The notes beneath the pieces are model-generated. The model did no database searches, was not told the DNA's origin, and worked only from the letters and a program-made list of their open reading frames with translations. This document shows positions 8,889 through 17,034 of a DNA stretch of 32,000 nucleotides, one piece after another. The stretch comes from an uncultured Erysipelotrichaceae bacterium. Its GTDB lineage: Bacteria; Bacillota_I; Bacilli_A; Erysipelotrichales; Erysipelotrichaceae. Position numbers and translations under genes: made by a program. The stretch covers positions 1,976,348 to 2,008,347 of the forward strand of contig OW818653.1 of the NCBI GenBank assembly GCA_942492995.1, in the 5' to 3' direction. The number at the start of each line of letters is the position of its first letter. Within the stretch, counting starts at the first letter, position 1.

Positions 8889-9596
8889 TTATTGTTTAAA
8901 GTAATCAAGAATTATCGACATATTATACCCTTGAACATAAGCTGTACTTAATTCTATGACCTTTTTTGATTTAGAATGGGTTGTACTTATAATTTTAAAT
9001 CCTGCAGATTCTTCTGGCGCATTGAATAATTTACACATTTCTTTCTCAAGTTTTATTGCGAAAATATTACGATGTGTTTGTTCAATGTTTTCTTTTAGTT
9101 TGTTTTCTTTAAAAGGTGATTTATATTCATCCAATGGTTGAATAATCTCAATATAAAACATCGTATGTCTTTCACCATAATAAATGCGTTTAGTAAAATG
9201 TACTTTGTCACCTTTATTTAATTCTAGAAGTGACATCGTCTTAGGGTTATAAGGAATAATCGTATGTTCAAGCTCAATCACATTTTCAGATAGTTCAGTT
9301 AAACTAATTTTCTCGGTTAACGGTAATACCGCTTTTAATAGATTGAAGCGTTCCTCTTTGGCTAAGACAAAACTTCCTTTCGATTTCTGACGATAGATTA
9401 AACGTTCTTCGATTAATTGTTTATACGCTTGACGAACAACTGGACGAGAAAGATTATGACTTAAACCAAGTTCTTCTTCAGTCGGTAATTTAGCGTCAGT
9501 TGGAAGTGTCCCATCATCAATAGCGTTACGAATTGAGCGAGCTAGTTGTATATGCAGAGGAATAGGGAGATTCTTATCGATCTTTATGAATTCCAT
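8889..9596 (-). CDS. GntR family regulator, HutC subfamily (wHTH + UTRA), type B copy 2
   Basis: KLPTEEELGLSHNLSRPVVRQAYKQLIEERLIYRQKSKGSFVL is a GntR wHTH, followed by a ~170 aa UTRA-like C-terminus with the SAGFKI motif shared with 10346-11083. The start at 9596 (MEFIKIDK) is supported by AAGGAG 9 nt upstream and by alignment to MDYIKLDK of the paralog. The track start is 9605. It overlaps the 3' end of the preceding gene. Confidence 0.8.
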   Translation of the reverse strand: MEFIKIDKNLPIPLHIQLARSIRNAIDDGTLPTDAKLPTEEELGLSHNLSRPVVRQAYKQLIEERLIYRQKSKGSFVLAKEERFNLLKAVLPLTEKISLTELSENVIELEHTIIPYNPKTMSLLELNKGDKVHFTKRIYYGERHTMFYIEIIQPLDEYKSPFKENKLKENIEQTHRNIFAIKLEKEMCKLFNAPEESAGFKIISTTHSKSKKVIELSTAYVQGYNMSIILDYFKQ

Positions 9597-10338
9597 AAAT
9601 TTCATCTCCTTTTTCTGTAATCTCTATTTTATGTTTATCACCGGGGAAATAGGATTGTTTATAAACGAATAGATTTTCATTCAAATCCTGTGTAATGATA
9701 ATAAATTTAAACAATGGATCACCTTCAGTTACCTCTAACAATTCCGCAAGTACCCCATTTGCTAATACTGCATTCATTGTAGTTTTAACTTCAAGTTCTA
9801 CATATCCATAACTTTCTCTTAATAAATTCGTGAAACTCGTATTATCCATAAATTGATCTTCAAAGTTCTTGAATTTATCTTGCGGTAAATAGAAGTATTC
9901 TAAAAATAATGGAATATTACTGCCTTTACGAATTCGTTTAACAAGATAAAAATCAATATTAAGTAATTGAAGTTCAAAGGGTAAATTATCCCGTTGATCA
10001 ATCTCAATACTTAGAATGCTAGATTCAGGCACTAAACCAACTTGTTTCACTTCATTCGCAAATCCATTAACGGTGTACATTAAGTTCGAAATCATAATTT
10101 TCTTATTAACATAACTGCCTTTACCTTGAATTCGATAGATTAATCCTTCTTTAAGTAACTCAGTATAGGCTTGTCTTACAACAGGTCTTGATATATTAAA
10201 TATAGAACATATTGATTCTTCGGTAGGTAATTGTTCCTTATCTTTTAAGACATTGTTTAAAATAGCGTTCTTAATAGAATCTTTTAATTGAAGATAAAGA
10301 GGTGTAGATAAAAATTTATTTAGATGAATGTAGTTCAT
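9574..10338 (-). CDS. GntR family regulator, HutC subfamily, type A copy 2
   Basis: MNYIHLNKFLSTPLYLQLKDSIKNAILNNVLKDKEQLPTEESICSIFNISRPVVRQAYTELLKEGLIYRIQGKGSYV, with a C-terminal YFPGDKH motif typical of HutC/UTRA ends. By eye, about 70 percent identical to 11070-11825 over the first ~80 aa. Confidence 0.85.
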   Translation of the reverse strand: MNYIHLNKFLSTPLYLQLKDSIKNAILNNVLKDKEQLPTEESICSIFNISRPVVRQAYTELLKEGLIYRIQGKGSYVNKKIMISNLMYTVNGFANEVKQVGLVPESSILSIEIDQRDNLPFELQLLNIDFYLVKRIRKGSNIPLFLEYFYLPQDKFKNFEDQFMDNTSFTNLLRESYGYVELEVKTTMNAVLANGVLAELLEVTEGDPLFKFIIITQDLNENLFVYKQSYFPGDKHKIEITEKGDEIYGIHKDR

Positions 10339-10345
10339 TGTGTCC

Positions 10346-11083
10346 TTAGAAATAGTTTACGGTCATGTTTGTCCCAAAACCTTTGAGATATGCGATCATG
10401 TATTCAACTCTTTTCCCATTACTTAGATAAGAAATTGTTTCAATTTTAAATCCAGCGGATCCCTTTTTAATTCCAAATCGTTCGCATATTTCTAAATTAA
10501 ATTTTATTGCGGTCATATGTCGATTCGAGGAAACAGTTTTATAATTAGGAATTTGATTCGAATAATTTTTTATAGGCTCATCTATTTTTAATTTATTTAT
10601 TGCGTCAGGATAGAGTTCAAGTGGTAAAAATACCTCCACATAGAATTGTGGTGTATCATCACCGAAATACATACGTTTAATATGTAAGACTTGAGTTGGT
10701 TCTGCATAACCCAATTTATCAAGATATTCAATTGGACAATCAATGACTTCTCTTAAGTATTCTTCGATTGTTGGATTCATATTATTCATTGAGATTTGTT
10801 CAGACAATGAATTTATGCTTTGAAGTATGGTGTATTTTGTCTTTTGCGTTAATACAAATGAACCTTTACCTTTATGTCTAAATATTAGTTCTTCTTCAAT
10901 TAACTTATTATACGCTTGACGTACAACAGGTCGTGAAATATTAAAGAACTGACAAAGTTCATCCTCGGTAGGAAGTTTATCCCCAGGGATTAAGAATTTT
11001 GCGCTAATCGCAGCCTTAATTGAAGTAAAGAGTTGTTGATGAAGAGGTGTAGGATTTGTTTTATCGAGTTTAATGTAATCCAT
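10346..11083 (-). CDS. GntR family regulator, HutC subfamily, type B copy 1
   Basis: MDYIKLDKTNPTPLHQQL...KLPTEDELCQFFNISRPVVRQAYNKLIEEELIFRHKGKGSFVL, with C-terminal SAGFKI and AYLKGF motifs shared with 8889-9596. AAGGAG lies 6 nt upstream of the ATG, inside the 3' end of the preceding gene (14-nt overlap). Confidence 0.85.
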   Translation of the reverse strand: MDYIKLDKTNPTPLHQQLFTSIKAAISAKFLIPGDKLPTEDELCQFFNISRPVVRQAYNKLIEEELIFRHKGKGSFVLTQKTKYTILQSINSLSEQISMNNMNPTIEEYLREVIDCPIEYLDKLGYAEPTQVLHIKRMYFGDDTPQFYVEVFLPLELYPDAINKLKIDEPIKNYSNQIPNYKTVSSNRHMTAIKFNLEICERFGIKKGSAGFKIETISYLSNGKRVEYMIAYLKGFGTNMTVNYF

Positions 11084-11825
11084 CGTTTTCTCCTTTTATC
11101 TCTACATCGATACTATGTCTTTCGCCTGGGAAGAAGGCGATTTTTAAGAATATTGGTACTCGGTTATGATTGAAATGCACAATATCAAAACGAATTGCGA
11201 CGGAACCTGTCTCTAATTTAAGAATACTAGCGATAGGATCATCTAACTCAATTGCACTTATTAAACATTCACCCAACAGATTGGGGAAATTGTAATTATC
11301 AGTAATCATTTTTGTGAGTGACATTTCATTATTTAGTTTTTCATCTAAATGTTTAAATAAATGAGTTGGGAAATAGAATATTTCATACGCAATTGGTACA
11401 TCGTCTGCGTTACGTACGCGTTTAATCGCATAATAACTAGGATAGTTTGGAAGTGGGAAATGAAAAGGTGGAAAATCACTAGAATCAATGACTTCGAAAC
11501 TTATGAAGTGTGAATTTGGTTGGAATCCTTTTAATATTACTTCTTCATTAAAGTTCTTCTTAAAGAAGATATTCGAAAAATTTACTTGTTTCTTAACAAA
11601 TGTACCCTTACCTTGATGACGTGTAATTAATCCTTCATCAATTAGTGTCTGATAAGCTTGTCTAACAACAGGTCTAGATATGTTAAAAACCTGCCCTATA
11701 AATTCTTCTGTGGGAAGTTTATCTTTGTCTTTTAAAACTCCATTGAGAATGGCATTTTTAATCGAGTTTTTAAGTTGTAAATACAGCGGTATTTTCGAAA
11801 ACTTATTAATTCGTATGTAATTCAT
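11070..11825 (-). CDS. GntR family regulator, HutC subfamily, type A copy 1 (first gene of the quartet)
   Basis: MNYIRINKFSKIPLYLQLKNSIKNAILNGVLKDKDKLPTEEFIGQVFNISRPVVRQAYQTLIDEGLITRHQGKGTFV, with the C-terminal FFPGERH motif. Confidence 0.85.
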   Translation of the reverse strand: MNYIRINKFSKIPLYLQLKNSIKNAILNGVLKDKDKLPTEEFIGQVFNISRPVVRQAYQTLIDEGLITRHQGKGTFVKKQVNFSNIFFKKNFNEEVILKGFQPNSHFISFEVIDSSDFPPFHFPLPNYPSYYAIKRVRNADDVPIAYEIFYFPTHLFKHLDEKLNNEMSLTKMITDNYNFPNLLGECLISAIELDDPIASILKLETGSVAIRFDIVHFNHNRVPIFLKIAFFPGERHSIDVEIKGENDGLH

Positions 11826-11876
11826 TGGGTTTTAGTGTTTATGTTATACTATGTGTATAAACATCCTTTGTGTTTC

Positions 11877-11905
11877 ATTATAACAAATCCTAGGCACATT
11901 GGTAA
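11877..11905 (-). promoter_or_regulatory. Candidate sigma-A promoter of the GntR quartet
   Basis: The minus strand reads TTACCA - 17 nt - TATAAT, with a TGT extended -10 element. Plus-strand coordinates are TGGTAA at 11900-11905 and ATTATA at 11877-11882. Imperfect palindromes lie between it and the ATG (see findings). Confidence 0.55.
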
Positions 11906-11920
11906 TGTAATAACATTAAT

Positions 11921-13102
11921 ATGACAAAACTACCTAAAGAAGCACTCACAATCTTAAATGAACTTGAAAACAATCATTTTGAGGCATTTTTAGTTGGTGG
12001 ATTTGTGCGTGATTTACTCTTAAATCGTAAAACACATGACATTGATTGTGCGACAAACGCATTACCCGATCAAATCGAATCCGTGTTTAAACACTATAAA
12101 CAATCACATGTTGGCAAGGAACATGGGACAGTAGGCGTAAAGGTAAATGATTACTGGATTGAGATTACTACGTATCGGGTGGATCATGATACACATGACC
12201 ATCGCCGACCTAAATCTGTAGTATTCACTCCATCTCTACAAGAAGATGTAAATCGTAGAGATTTTACAATGAACGCATTAGCGATTAATGCGAACCTAGA
12301 AATCATTGATTATGTAAATGGACAAGACGATATAAATGCTAAACTCATACGCTGTGTAGGTAATCCTGAAATACGTTTTTATGAAGATTCATTGCGTATC
12401 TTACGAGCAATTCGTTTTGCCTGTCAATTAGATTTTAAAATCGATGAATCAAGTCTTGAAGCGATGCATAAACATGCGTATTTATTGAACGCATTAGCGG
12501 TAGAAAGAATTTATCAAGAATTTAAATTAATACTAGAATCAGAACATATTCATACTTACTTGAGTAAGACAAAAGATATTATTTCGATATTCTTACCTGA
12601 AATTATGGATTTAAATCAAGAAGATTTCGATAAAATCGATAAATGCGATACATTATTAAAACGGTTTAGTTTGTTCTTTCTTAATAAAACAGAAGAATCA
12701 ATACGTATACGTTGTACAGCACTAAAGATGCCAAAAAAATTAATGAATGATTGTATCGCTTTCCATGCGTGCTTCAATCATGACTTCACGATTCAAACAA
12801 TTGACTTAAAACGTATGATGCAAAGTTATCCAAATGAGATTATATTAGAAGCGATGGAGATGCAGAAGTTAATTACTCCTAATCGGTATAACGATGATAG
12901 TCATCATCTCTTATTAAAATTAATCAAAGAAAATACGGTAATCGCAGTCAAAGATCTTGCGATTGATGGGCATGATTTAATGGAATTAAATATACACGGT
13001 AAAGCTATTCAAGATACTCTAAATCGGTGTTTAGAAGCTGTGATGTTGAATAAAGTAGACAATACGAGAGAAGCTTTATTAGAATGGGTCAACTTGACAT
13101 AA
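11921..13102 (+). CDS. cca: CCA-adding enzyme (tRNA nucleotidyltransferase)
   Basis: 393 aa. LVGGFVRDLLL...HDIDCAT head-domain motif, RRDFTMNALA, and LRILRAIRFA. Confidence 0.85.
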   Translation: MTKLPKEALTILNELENNHFEAFLVGGFVRDLLLNRKTHDIDCATNALPDQIESVFKHYKQSHVGKEHGTVGVKVNDYWIEITTYRVDHDTHDHRRPKSVVFTPSLQEDVNRRDFTMNALAINANLEIIDYVNGQDDINAKLIRCVGNPEIRFYEDSLRILRAIRFACQLDFKIDESSLEAMHKHAYLLNALAVERIYQEFKLILESEHIHTYLSKTKDIISIFLPEIMDLNQEDFDKIDKCDTLLKRFSLFFLNKTEESIRIRCTALKMPKKLMNDCIAFHACFNHDFTIQTIDLKRMMQSYPNEIILEAMEMQKLITPNRYNDDSHHLLLKLIKENTVIAVKDLAIDGHDLMELNIHGKAIQDTLNRCLEAVMLNKVDNTREALLEWVNLT

Positions 13103-13122
13103 AACAGTAGGATGTGTATGAT
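13094..13122 (+). promoter_or_regulatory. Candidate sigma-A promoter for the uORF + CNNM transcript
   Basis: TTGACA (13094-13099), a 17-nt spacer, then TATGAT (13117-13122). It overlaps the cca stop codon. Confidence 0.55.
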
Positions 13123-13148
13123 AAAACATATTTTCATAGGAGGATTTT

Positions 13149-13241
13149 ATGAACGACGATAGTGGTTGTGACCAGCGATGTCACACCAATACCTTAATGA
13201 TGTCTACAGAATTACTGGATTATAAGGGGGTAACTGTATGA
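13149..13241 (+). CDS. Candidate 30-codon upstream ORF / leader peptide (MNDDSGCDQRCHTNTLMMSTELLDYKGVTV)
   Basis: TAGGAGGA SD lies 5 nt upstream of ATG 13149. Its TGA stop (13239-13241) overlaps the ATG (13238) of the CNNM gene as ATGA. It is too short to appear in the ORF track. I know of no homology. Confidence 0.35.
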   Translation: MNDDSGCDQRCHTNTLMMSTELLDYKGVTV

Positions 13242-14554
13242 CAGCAGTGTTCCTATTAATCATCTTAACAGGAGTCAACGCGTTTTTTACCGCTTCTGAA
13301 ATGGCATTTATAACCATTAACGATAATAAAATACGATACCTTGCGGAAGAGGGTGACGAAAAGGCTAAGAAAGTACTTACAATCTTAGAATCACCAACCC
13401 GTTTTTTATCGACCATACAAATAGGCGTAACACTAGCTGGATTCTTAGCAAGTGCTTTTGCGTCTGAACAATTTAGTGAACCACTCGTAAAGATACTGAT
13501 AAATTATATTCCCTTAGATGCGGATGTCATAAAATCTATTTCAGTTATTATTATTACCTTATTACTTGCGTATACAACGCTTGTATTTGGTGAACTTGTC
13601 CCAAAACGAATTGCGATGAGTAAAGCTGAAGAAATAGCGTTTAGTGTAGCTGGAATTCTAAAGTTTATCTCAATTTTAGCCTTACCATTTGTTAATTTCT
13701 TAAGTTTTACAACGAACTCAGTATTACGATTGTTAGGATTTAATCCAGATGAAGAACCAAATCAAGTAACAGAAGAAGAAATTCGTATGATGGTTGATGT
13801 TGGGGAAGAAAAGGGTACAATTCGAGACACTGAAAAAGAGATGATTAACAACATCTTTGAGTTTGATAATAAATTGGTATCTGAAATCATGACACATCGT
13901 CGTGAAATATCAGGTATTCCTGTTGATGCGAAACTTGTGGAAGTTAAGAAAATATTAAAAACTGAACAATACACTCGTTTTCCAATTTATGATGAGAGTA
14001 TTGATAATATTGTAGGGATTGTACATTTAAAAGATTTATTAAAATATTATGATCAAGCTAAAACAAAAACATTTAATCTTCAAAAGATTATGCGTAAGCC
14101 TTACTTTGTGCCAGAATCAAAACATATTGATGAACTCTTCTTTGAACTCCAGAAGAAACATACACACTTTGCGGTCGTTATCGATGAATATGGTGGTACT
14201 GCGGGTATTATTACAATTGAAGACTTGATTGAAGAAATCGTTGGGGATATTTCAGATGAGTATGACGATGATGATAAACAAATCATTTTAATCTCTGAAC
14301 ATACCTTCGATGTGGATGGTAGTGTTGAACTAGATGTTCTTGAGGAACAATGTCAAATTGCTTTACCAAGTGAAGATTATGATACTTTGAGTGGATTCTT
14401 AGTTGGGATTCTTGGAAGAATACCTTTAAATCATGAATTAATCGATTTAGAGTACGATGGAATTCTATTCAAAATATTGAAGATCGATGATAAACGTATT
14501 GTGAAAGTTCGTATTGTTAAACCACATATAAAACCAGAAGAAAAGCCAGAATAA
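13238..14554 (+). CDS. CNNM/CorC-family membrane protein (DUF21 + tandem CBS + CorC_HlyC), a putative Mg2+/divalent cation efflux or homeostasis protein
   Basis: 438 aa. N-terminal DUF21 TM region (FFTASEMAFITIN...GELVPKRIA), a CBS pair (VSEIMTHRREI...IVGIVHLKDLL), and a CorC_HlyC tail (EDLIEEIVGDISDEYD...). The 'hemolysin' label sometimes given to this family is historical only. Confidence 0.85.
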   Translation: MTAVFLLIILTGVNAFFTASEMAFITINDNKIRYLAEEGDEKAKKVLTILESPTRFLSTIQIGVTLAGFLASAFASEQFSEPLVKILINYIPLDADVIKSISVIIITLLLAYTTLVFGELVPKRIAMSKAEEIAFSVAGILKFISILALPFVNFLSFTTNSVLRLLGFNPDEEPNQVTEEEIRMMVDVGEEKGTIRDTEKEMINNIFEFDNKLVSEIMTHRREISGIPVDAKLVEVKKILKTEQYTRFPIYDESIDNIVGIVHLKDLLKYYDQAKTKTFNLQKIMRKPYFVPESKHIDELFFELQKKHTHFAVVIDEYGGTAGIITIEDLIEEIVGDISDEYDDDDKQIILISEHTFDVDGSVELDVLEEQCQIALPSEDYDTLSGFLVGILGRIPLNHELIDLEYDGILFKILKIDDKRIVKVRIVKPHIKPEEKPE

Positions 14555-14568
14555 CTGGCTTTTTGTTT
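14541..14568. terminator. Bidirectional intrinsic terminator
   Basis: AAAAGCCAG-AATAA-CTGGCTTTT followed by TGTTT. It includes the TAA of the CNNM gene and sits between convergent genes. Confidence 0.65.
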
Positions 14569-15580
14569 ATTTATACGCTCTTAGATACGATTCAGGAATT
14601 AAATCTAATTGTTTATTTTGTGCATAACTTTGATTCACAAAATATGGATTACGTAAGAGTTCACGACCTAATGCGATTAAATCCGCATCATTTTTCTCAA
14701 GTACAGATTCAATTAACTCTGTATTATTTATTAAACCAACCGCAATTGTAGGAATTTGAAGTTGTTCCTTTATGCGTTTTGAGAATGGGACTTGATAGGC
14801 AGGCTTCAAATCAATTGGACGTGTTACATTACCACCAGAACTTACATGGACAAAATCAAGAATATCTTTAACAGGTTCTAATGCGGTAATGACATCATCA
14901 ACCGTCAATCCTTCTGAATCATAATCGCTTGCGGATATACGAACTTGAAACAAGACGGATTCAGGTAGCGCAGCTTTTACTTCTTGTAATACTTCACGTA
15001 ATAAACGCGCTCGATTATCAAGTGTTCCGCCATACGTATCTGTACGATGATTACTTAATGGGGATAAAAATTCATGAATTAAATAACCATGTGCTCCGTG
15101 AATCTCTATACCATCAAACCCAGCTTCTACTGATCTTAATGCGGCTTGAACGAAATGTTGTTTAAGCTCAATAATTTCATCTAATTCCATTGCGACAGGT
15201 AATTCATATTGTTCAGAGAACGAAATTGCGCTTGGCGCAACATGTGGATTAGCACTTGATTGACTCTTGCGCCCAGCATGAGCTAATTGAATGAAGGCTT
15301 TTGAGCCATAACGATGAATTTCTTCAGTAATTTGTTTAAGACCTGGTATGAATTGATCATCCCAAATCCCTAAATCATTATCGGTAATCCGACCTTCAGG
15401 GCTTACAGCTGTTGCCTCGACAATAATCATTCCAACATTTCCTACAGCACGTGTAGCGTAATGTGTTAAATGAAATGATTGAACAAATCCATTTTCGGCT
15501 TGATACATACACATCGGAGGCATAACGATTCGATTTTTTAGTTCGATATTTCTTATTTTATATGGGGTTAAACTTAACAT
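14567..15580 (-). CDS. namA: NADPH dehydrogenase / NADH:flavin oxidoreductase (Old Yellow Enzyme, YqjM/NamA type)
   Basis: 337 aa. MPPMCMYQA, HLTHYATRA, and HGAHGYLIHEFLSPLSNHRTDTYGG are hallmark YqjM-class OYE motifs. Confidence 0.85.
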   Translation of the reverse strand: MLSLTPYKIRNIELKNRIVMPPMCMYQAENGFVQSFHLTHYATRAVGNVGMIIVEATAVSPEGRITDNDLGIWDDQFIPGLKQITEEIHRYGSKAFIQLAHAGRKSQSSANPHVAPSAISFSEQYELPVAMELDEIIELKQHFVQAALRSVEAGFDGIEIHGAHGYLIHEFLSPLSNHRTDTYGGTLDNRARLLREVLQEVKAALPESVLFQVRISASDYDSEGLTVDDVITALEPVKDILDFVHVSSGGNVTRPIDLKPAYQVPFSKRIKEQLQIPTIAVGLINNTELIESVLEKNDADLIALGRELLRNPYFVNQSYAQNKQLDLIPESYLRAYK

Positions 15581-15636
15581 GGAGACTCCTTTTACTGTAT
15601 ATAGTTTAAAGTTACTTTCTAATCTTGTAAAGAGAT

Positions 15637-16530
15637 GTGATAAGCCCTATGATAAAAGAAAGTATGAAACAAATAAAACGTGTTTTATGGATAATCTTAT
15701 TTTTAAATCTAATTGTGGCAATCACTAAGCTTTTACTTGGTTATTTTAGTCATAGTAGTGCAATCTTAGCAGATGGAGTTCATTCATTAACTGATGGTAG
15801 CTCAAATATAATAGCGTTAGTCGGTGTAACATTAGCCGCAAAACCATCTGATGAAGATCATCCTTATGGACATGAAAAGTATGAAACACTGACTTCTCTC
15901 GCAATCGTTGGTATCCTATTGTTTGTAAGTTATGAAATTGTATTGAAAGCGATAAGCAATTTTCAAAATCCACAAGTTATTACATTTGAGTTCTATCATT
16001 TTATATTTATCGTGTTAACACTCATTGTTAATTTATTTGTCGTCTATTATGAAAAGAAACAATCCGTTCTTACCCGAAGTTCACTCTTAATGGCAGATGC
16101 ACTTCACACACAAAGTGATGTATTCATTAGTATAGGAGTAATCATAAGTATGGTACTTATCCAATTTGGATTACCATATTGGATAGACACAATCGTATCG
16201 TTAATCGTCGTATTATTTATCATTCATGCGGCATGGGAAATATTCAGACAAACATCTTCAATATTAGTTGATACAGCGATGGTTGATTCTACACTTATCT
16301 CTGAACATATTCTCAAACATTCAGAAATTTATGGAGTTCATAAAATACGTTCTCGTGGATCGTTGACTAAATTCTATTTAGATATGCATTTATTAGTAGA
16401 GCCAACGATGACCATAGAAAAAAGTCATGCGCTTACTCACTTACTCGAAGCAGAAGTACAGGACTTAGTGGGTCAAACAGTTCAAGTGATTTTTCATCTT
16501 GAACCTTATAATTCAGAACACAAAGACTAA
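15637..16530 (+). CDS. Cation diffusion facilitator (CDF) family metal efflux transporter
   Basis: Six TM helices with ADGVHSLTDG (TM2) and HTQSDVFISIG (TM5) metal-site motifs, plus a C-terminal cytoplasmic domain. The start is uncertain: GTG 15637 (track), ATG 15649 or ATG 15664. Confidence 0.8.
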   Translation: MISPMIKESMKQIKRVLWIILFLNLIVAITKLLLGYFSHSSAILADGVHSLTDGSSNIIALVGVTLAAKPSDEDHPYGHEKYETLTSLAIVGILLFVSYEIVLKAISNFQNPQVITFEFYHFIFIVLTLIVNLFVVYYEKKQSVLTRSSLLMADALHTQSDVFISIGVIISMVLIQFGLPYWIDTIVSLIVVLFIIHAAWEIFRQTSSILVDTAMVDSTLISEHILKHSEIYGVHKIRSRGSLTKFYLDMHLLVEPTMTIEKSHALTHLLEAEVQDLVGQTVQVIFHLEPYNSEHKD

Positions 16531-16940
16531 ATATAATACATTTCAGATTGATTTATCTGAACTAAATCTTTAATCTTAATTGATTTAAGTTTATCTGAAA
16601 CGGTATTTTCTATTGGACGATAAACTTCATTATTTAATAAATGATTTAATTTACGATCATCTATACTCTGTTCATCTTGAAATTCAGTTAATTCAGAATC
16701 CAAGGCTGATAAAACTGTATATACATCAAGATTTTCTAAATCAATCAACTTATATCCGCCACTTGGACCTTTAATCGATTCTACGACTTGGTGTGATTTT
16801 AAAAGAAAAAGTACTTGTTCAAGATATGTTTTAGATAAACCCAATCGATTTGCGATTGCGATTAGAGCTGTTGTCTCATTTTTCTCAGCTAATACCATGA
16901 CTACGGCTAATCCATATCTAACTTTTGTGGAATATTTCAT
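16527..16940 (-). CDS. cymR: Rrf2 family transcriptional regulator, CymR-like (no Cys cluster)
   Basis: 137 aa. MKYSTKVRYGLAVVMVLA...IAIANRLGLSKTYLEQVLFLLKSHQVVESIKGPSGGYKL is an Rrf2 wHTH. It lacks the three-Cys Fe-S ligands and is divergent from cysK, as CymR is in Bacillus and Staphylococcus. Confidence 0.7.
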   Translation of the reverse strand: MKYSTKVRYGLAVVMVLAEKNETTALIAIANRLGLSKTYLEQVLFLLKSHQVVESIKGPSGGYKLIDLENLDVYTVLSALDSELTEFQDEQSIDDRKLNHLLNNEVYRPIENTVSDKLKSIKIKDLVQINQSEMYYI

Positions 16941-16962
16941 TGTTTTACCTCAATCGTTTCAT

Positions 16963-17029
16963 TTGACTTTTATCCTAATAATGGATATATTATAGCATAT
17001 AAAACATAGTAAGTAACTATGCTAAGGAG
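16963..17029 (+). promoter_or_regulatory. cysK promoter and leader with an inverted repeat
   Basis: TTGACT (16963-16968), 17 nt, then TATATT (16986-16991). A 7-bp inverted repeat follows, TAGCATA (16993-16999) / TATGCTA (17018-17024), and its right arm abuts the AAGGAG SD. This is a possible CymR operator or leader hairpin. Confidence 0.5.
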
Positions 17030-17034
17030 AAATT

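Noticed and set aside
13149-13241. The uORF as a frameshifted or mis-called N-terminal extension of the CNNM protein
   Set aside because: The two frames differ. The CNNM N-terminus (MTAVFLLIILTGVNAFFTASE) already begins at the usual position just before TM1 and has its own AAGGGGG SD, so no frameshift is needed.
13204-14286. Minus-strand ORFs of 70, 70 and 61 aa (13204-13416, 13762-13974, 14101-14286)
   Set aside because: All are antisense within the CNNM gene, Ser/Ile-rich and low-complexity, and have no independent signals.
14563-15165. Plus-strand ORFs of 62 and 78 aa (14563-14751, 14929-15165)
   Set aside because: Both are antisense inside the strongly supported OYE (namA) gene.
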